From NCBI RefSeq assembly GCF_009914755.1, contig NC_060947.1: a stretch of 64,000 nucleotides of DNA. One strand, given 5' to 3'. Below are positions 58,151-64,000 of this stretch, one piece after another (the first letter of the stretch is position 1; each line of letters begins with the position of its first letter). Source of the stretch: the human T2T-CHM13v2.0 reference genome, Homo sapiens. A program made the position numbers and the translations under genes. A model generated the notes under the pieces. The model was not told the origin of the DNA. It saw nothing but the letters and a program-made list of their open reading frames with translations, and did not search any database.

Positions 58151-61100
58151 AGAAAGAAATAGCAAAGATGTAGGAGATAGTGTTGGAAAGTCTGTCTCCT
58201 TGATGGCATTCAGATAAATGAAAAATAAATCTGGGCAGTCCAATGTGGTTGCAAATATATATTTTAGTACACACCATCTAATAATTTACTCTTTTTCTTT
58301 TATCAGAGTATATTTGAATGAGTCAGCCATTGAATATCTACAAAGTGTTATCATTGGTTAACATGCCTTTTAAACTAAAAAGTATCACATGTGAATGAAC
58401 ATTTGATAGCAATAAGTCGGACTATTTGAAACTGGGACTTCCTTTTCTAAAAAAATAAAAAAAGATTATTATACTTATTCCTATGGTGTACCGATCACTT
58501 TTATTTATAATATACAGGAAATAATTTTAGAAGGAGAAAACGGAATTACCTAGTCCAGAATTTCTCAGTATTGAATCCATAGTGGTTTATATGTATGCTA
58601 AAGATATTGGAACAGTCTTAAAAAACAAGCAGACTTTTAAAAATTGCAGGACTGCTCAGAGTCTTTGTTATGATAACATTTTGCCTAATATATTTGACTA
58701 CTTGAAAAAAAGTGTTACGGTGATAAATTTCCTATCCTACCTAGCTTTTAGAGATTAAAAACAAAACTAATCAAGGTTATAGGATTTATAATTTCCAAAG
58801 TACTCTTGCATATAATATTTCATTGTATGCTTACAGCACTTTACTAAGATATTATCATTAGCCCCATTTTACAGGTAAGGATTTTGAGGTTCAGAATGTT
58901 GAAATGAATTGTCCTGAAATAAACTGCCAATGAATCTGGACTGAAATCCAGGTTTTCAGTCCCTGAAGCCCATGGAAAGTTCCTCTTCTCCAACCACAGG
59001 TAAACAATTTTCAAAGAACCCTAACATATTTCCTTCATACCAGAAAACTATCTATCATGATTCAAAGGATACCTCAGGATACTGAAAACTGTTGTGAGCA
59101 TTTATTATTGTGGAACATTACTGCAAAACGGTTCTGGCCATTAGAATTTTCTGGTAGTGTACATGCTGGATAAAGGGAAACTTTACCAAGGTAAATAATA
59201 ATTTGTGATTAGAGACTAGAAACAATGCTGATTTTATTATTTAACCATCCTAGTAAGTTATGAGGGAGAAATGATTGTGTCATGTATATGTGCATGTGTG
59301 TGTGGAGTTCTGCTTGTAAACTTGATGTTAGAACTGATACAGGAGATGTACAGCAGAATGGGTCCCAGAAGGAAATCACATGTCTGTTTAATGGAAAACT
59401 TCAAAGTCAGTAAATCTTGTTTTTGCTTCGGAAATTGTCACCGTGTACCCAGTTTCTGACCCACACTTAGAAATGGTCTGTAAGCTGTGGCTGTGTAGAT
59501 GCTTTCAAAATTCCTCCTCATAAGATTACCAGATAAACATAATATGATTTTTGTTTCTATTACAAGGTAATTGGAGTCCTAATGGTCCCCTTTCATCCTC
59601 TCCTTCCCTGACTGCAATAACAAAGCTTAACTTTATCTCATTTGAGGCTCTTAAAAATGCTTGCTATACCTGTATCCCTTCATATATTCCAGAGAGAGAG
59701 AAATTTAATTTTTATTAGCTGAGCCCTATGAGTCATTCTGCTAACTGGCACCACAAACCACCTCCCCACCAGACTGGCCTTTGCTGAGGGCTCTAAATTT
59801 AGAAACTGAATGAGATTGCCTCTGGGTTACATAAGGAAGCGAGGAAGTTATTTTTAGCACGCCATTATACCTAGAGAGCCCTGTGCTTCTATCTGATTTG
59901 TTAAGCACAGGCTGAAAGAAAACGTGATTACTGATTCTCTCCCTGTTCGGGTGCAGCATCCCTCAGTACCAAATGACATTTCCAGTTTTGTTTACCTGCA
60001 GTCCTTCATGTTTATTTTGTCTGTGCTATAAACACACTGAAAATCAATTGTGTTGAAACACGAGGTGATATTTTTTACTACCTCCTTCATTTGGGGAAAA
60101 TCTCCCCAATATGTACTGTAATTTTATCCTTTCTCTCTCGCTCTCTCTTTCTTTTAGGAGTGGAAGGAAAACGTTTTGGCTGCTCCTATTCTAAGGCTGC
60201 TGTCAGAGCTGATGATGGCATATGTCTATCTAGACCAGTGAAGCTTTGTTTGTGTTTTCTTTGCCAGGCATTTGTTTTTACTTTCTTTTGCAAGGGGACT
60301 GCTGCAGCTGATTGGGAAAAATAAAAGTGGCAAGGCAAACATTAGGAGGCATGCTGTCATCTAGGCAGAACATTAATGAATGCAGTGGTGGCCAGAGAGA
60401 GAATCTGGATAGAGGCAATGTTTTGCTTGTCAGTGTATTCCTCTTGTTTCCCAGCCCAACATCAAAAGTCCGCATTAGCCCCTTCTGATTCTTCTAGGTT
60501 GTATTTTAGCAATCAAGCACATCTACCTTGTTGGAATTTTGATACAGTGATGGCAAATGTCATTTACTTATTTTGATTTATAATTACTTTTTAAGAGATT
60601 GGATGGTCATATGGCTAGTTGCCTAGTAAATCTGTCTACTTAGAGTTACGTTTTTTTTTTTTTTTTTTTTTTCTGTAATCAGTGTAGGTAGCTGAGGGTT
60701 TTAGCTAGTGTATATGTGCCGAGCAAGGAGAAAGTTGTAAGAAGTGAATGGTGCACATGAGCATCAGGGCATTCCTAGCAGAAAAATTAAAAGTGCTCAC
60801 TGAAATAGTCCACCAAGATATTGCTAAAACATTACTATTTTGCAGTGGTTCTGGGAGGCAAGGATCTAGATTGTACAACAGTGATCCAGGCAGCTCACTG
60901 TGGGTGTCCTGGTTAATGAGCTGGCTGGAGTGGGGCCCCCACTTTCTCCCAGCAGGAGTGACTGGGTACCCAATCTTAACTTGCTAATCAAATCTCTATT
61001 CTTGTTCATAAAATTATTTTTAGAGACATAAATCTAATCATGTCATCTCATTTGTTAAAAAGCAAATTAGCTATAACAGTCCTTAAATAATGATAACTAA

Positions 61101-61952
61101 ATGGCAACTAAATAAAAAGCAACTTATCTGTTTCTCAATAGCACAATTTACATAAATATGGAAATATGTGGTATAATATATAAGTCATTATATTTCTCAG
61201 AAATGGTGGGGGGGGGTGTGGAGAGAGAGAGAGAGAGAGAAATCTTCAACAGAATATTACATTACTAAACATAATACTGGATTCAGCCAAGTCAGTGCAA
61301 TTTCTTCCAGTGCGAGTATTTCTGTACCTAAGCTTAGCTTCTCATAGACCCCATGGGCCCCAGGTGCTGGTGAGTTGGTGGTCCCAGGCAACTCCTGCAA
61401 ACAGATGGGACCCAAATCCAGATAGCTTGGTGCCTAGGAGTATGTTTGTGGACATTTTCTGTCATATTTGCTGTAAAATTTAGAGTGAACAGGGGAGTTT
61501 TTTCTAGATGCAAATCCATGCCTTGGCCCTGGGATGCCTCTCTGTGTGTCTAATGGGAAGGTGAGGCATTTATGCCCTTGCTTGTTTTATGACCATGGCC
61601 TTGTAAGTTTCTACTTTCTCTATATGGCGTGACATTGTGGGATTTAAGTCCTTTAACAAAGGAGGTGATAACCACAAACTGACCCACCTGGCACATCAGG
61701 TGAGGAGAATCCCAATTGTCCAGCCAGCAAGGGTCCAGTAGGCCACCCTGGAAGTAGGAGACATCCCTCCTGAGAGCGAATACAAGGTATCTGGAGAGGT
61801 GGTGAGCAGGATCATTTGGGATGAAGGAGGTCCACTGGATGACCATGGTGATGTCGATCACCACAGCCCCTGAGAGGGCAGGCCAGGCCACTCAGCCCTG
61901 GAATGGCCAGTAGTCCAGTGAGTGGCTTCATTCTCTATCAAAAGACTACTAG

Positions 61953-62651
61953 CATATGATCCAGCAATCCCACTGCTGGGTATGTACCCCAAACAAAGGA
62001 AATCAGGATATCAAAGAGATATCTGCACTTCCATGTTTATTGCAGTACTGTTCACAATAGCCAGGATTTGGAAGCAACCCAAGTGTCCGTCGATGGGTGA
62101 ATAGTTAAAGAAAATGTGGTACATCCGCACAATGGAATATTATTCAGCCATAAAAAAGAACGAGCTCCTGTCATTTGCAACAACATGGATGGAACTGGAC
62201 GTCATTATGTTAAGTGAAATAAGCCAGGCACAGAAAGACAAACTCCATGTTCTCACTTATCTGTGGGTACTAAAATGAAAAACAATTGAACTCATGGAGA
62301 TAGAGAGTAGAATGATGGTTACCAAAGGCTGGGAAGGGCAGTGTGAAGAGGGGTGGGGAGGAAGTAGGGATGGTTAATGGGTACAAAAAATAATTATAAT
62401 GAACAAATAAGATCTCGTATTTGATAACACAACAGGGTGACTATAGTCAATAATAATGTAATTGTACATTTAAAAATAACTAAAGGAGTATAACTGCGTT
62501 GTTTGTAACACAAAGGACAAATACTTGAGCTGATGGATGCCCCATTTACTTTAATGTGATTATTACATATTGTATGCCTGTATCAAAATATCCCATATAA
62601 CCCATAAATATATACACCTAGTATGTACAAACAAAAATTAAACATTAAAAA
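61953..62651 (+). mobile_element. 5'-truncated L1MA-type element
   Basis: ORF2 end (YDPAIPLLGMYPK...WKQPKCPS) plus 3'UTR and A-tail. Perfect TSD aaaagactactag at 61940-61952 and 62652-62664. Confidence 0.95.
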
Positions 62652-63082
62652 AAAAGACTACTAGGACTTGGGGTAGCTGGTCATTTGGAAGTCCTTGAGT
62701 GGTGGCTCACTGTGACAGCAGAATCCTGGGTGCTGAAGGGTGGCAGCAGGTGACTGAAGCAGCCCACCCTCTTCCTCAAGAGTCGGGAATCCCTGAATCC
62801 TAAAGACAGAGGATGGAAAGGCCCCATCCCAGGATACTATCTGGGCAGCTAGGGCACCTTGAATGTATCACCTAGCAGCTGTTTGGGAAAAACTTCAGTA
62901 CAGATAGAAATGGAACATTACCAAGAGAGAGAAGCAGGCTCCCTCCAGGCTAGCACCTCACTCTTGGCCAGAAAAATTCCCAGAAGCTTGACTGCTTGTT
63001 TTCATCTGTAAATCTGAATGGTGGTCGGTAGGGAGGGTGTAACGCGGGACCCTCTACTACAAAATAAAATGCTAGACTGAGT

Positions 63083-63581
63083 GTGTTGGATATATCTAAT
63101 ACCTTGCCTCATATCCTCTTGGCCCACCTAACTTTCTGTGGTGGCAGCCAGCCATATGCAGGTGGCAAGTAACACCATCCTACCCTGGCTACACTAGTTA
63201 TCTGATCCAAGACTTCCTGTAGCCTCTGTGTTCTGAGGGTATGCACAAACCCGAAGGGAGTTAACCCCCATGGGAAAATCCTTGACCACTAGGAGATGGC
63301 AGTCAGAAGATAAGTATTCGTCCCTAGGGCAGAGAACTCTGAGGAACATGCTACATGGCGCTCAGGGGGATCTCCAGAAGGATTGAGCTCCAATCGTCTG
63401 CAGTATGGACAGCTTACTAACGTGCCCTTTAGACTGGCTTTTCATCCTCCCTGTTTCACTCTTCCTAGTACCCCCTTTTCTGTTCCTTGGGATCACTTTC
63501 CAAATTAAACAACCTATATGCACGCCGTGTCATGACAGCCTTGTCTCAGGCTCTGCTTTTGAGGGGAATAAAACCAGAACA
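63083..63581 (+). mobile_element. LTR16-family (ERVL) LTR
   Basis: 3' end gggatcactttccaaattaaac...ccttgtctcaggctctgctttt, similar to the 53.7-54.1 kb LTR. Confidence 0.7.
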
Positions 63582-63692
63582 AGGCAATATGCCTACACTA
63601 CTGTAGAATTGGATACAAGGGAACAGAGCAGAACTTCGGAAATTCTGAACCCAGTTGGAGAGAGACTGCCATGTTGGGAAGTCCCTCTAGTG

Positions 63693-63906
63693 CAAGATTT
63701 CTTAACCTAAAGCACTGACGTTTTGGATGTGATAATTCTTTGTTGTGGGGCAATGATCTGACCATTGTAGAACGTTTAGTTGCATCTCCAGCCTCTACTG
63801 ACCAGATGCTAATGGCACTCCACCCCTAAGCTGTAATAATCAAGACCATTTCCAAACACTGCTAAATGTCTTTGAGGGGCAATTCACTCCTGGTTGAGAA
63901 CCACTG
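63693..63906. mobile_element. MER20 hAT MITE
   Basis: ttttggatgtgataattctttgttgtgggg...ctggttgagaaccactg. Confidence 0.85.
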
Positions 63907-64000
63907 CTTTAAGGGAACACAAACTCATGCTGCATGTTCAACAGATTGTTCAAATCTCAGCATGTCTTTCTATGGGATAATGGGAGGATGGGAGTCTTAT

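Noticed and set aside
61700-61790. Resemblance of LVFALRRDVSYF...TLAGWTIGILLT to signal peptide peptidase-like (SPPL) transmembrane segments
   Set aside because: The catalytic GxGD and PAL motifs are not visible, so the family assignment is unsupported.

Overview
Human (primate) genomic DNA, recognisable from its proteins as Xp22.11. The + strand carries the last two coding exons of PHEX (4746-4822 and 7264-7366), followed by a long 3'UTR with proximal (7600) and distal (10702) AATAAA signals. About 25 kb downstream lies the intronless Hakai/CBLL1-derived retrogene CBLL2 (ZNF645; 32390-33667, RING plus HYB zinc domain). Most of the rest is interspersed repeats: L1, Alu including a human-specific AluYb8, L2/MIR, a full THE1, other LTRs and a nested Charlie1/Tigger3 cluster. 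Repeat subfamily names are by eye and approximate. There are no prokaryotic-type systems such as CRISPR. The best leads are: (1) the dead Hakai N-terminal coding block upstream of CBLL2, which overlaps the new start codon and contains testis-type promoter motifs; (2) a latent pseudoexon in PHEX intron 21 one base away from a perfect donor; (3) a possible decayed minus-strand coding exon at 61.7-62.8 kb split by an L1, with other exon-like segments at 54-60 kb; (4) a mosaic AluYb8. Comparisons to reference proteins, repeat consensus sequences and literature are from memory, not from searches.
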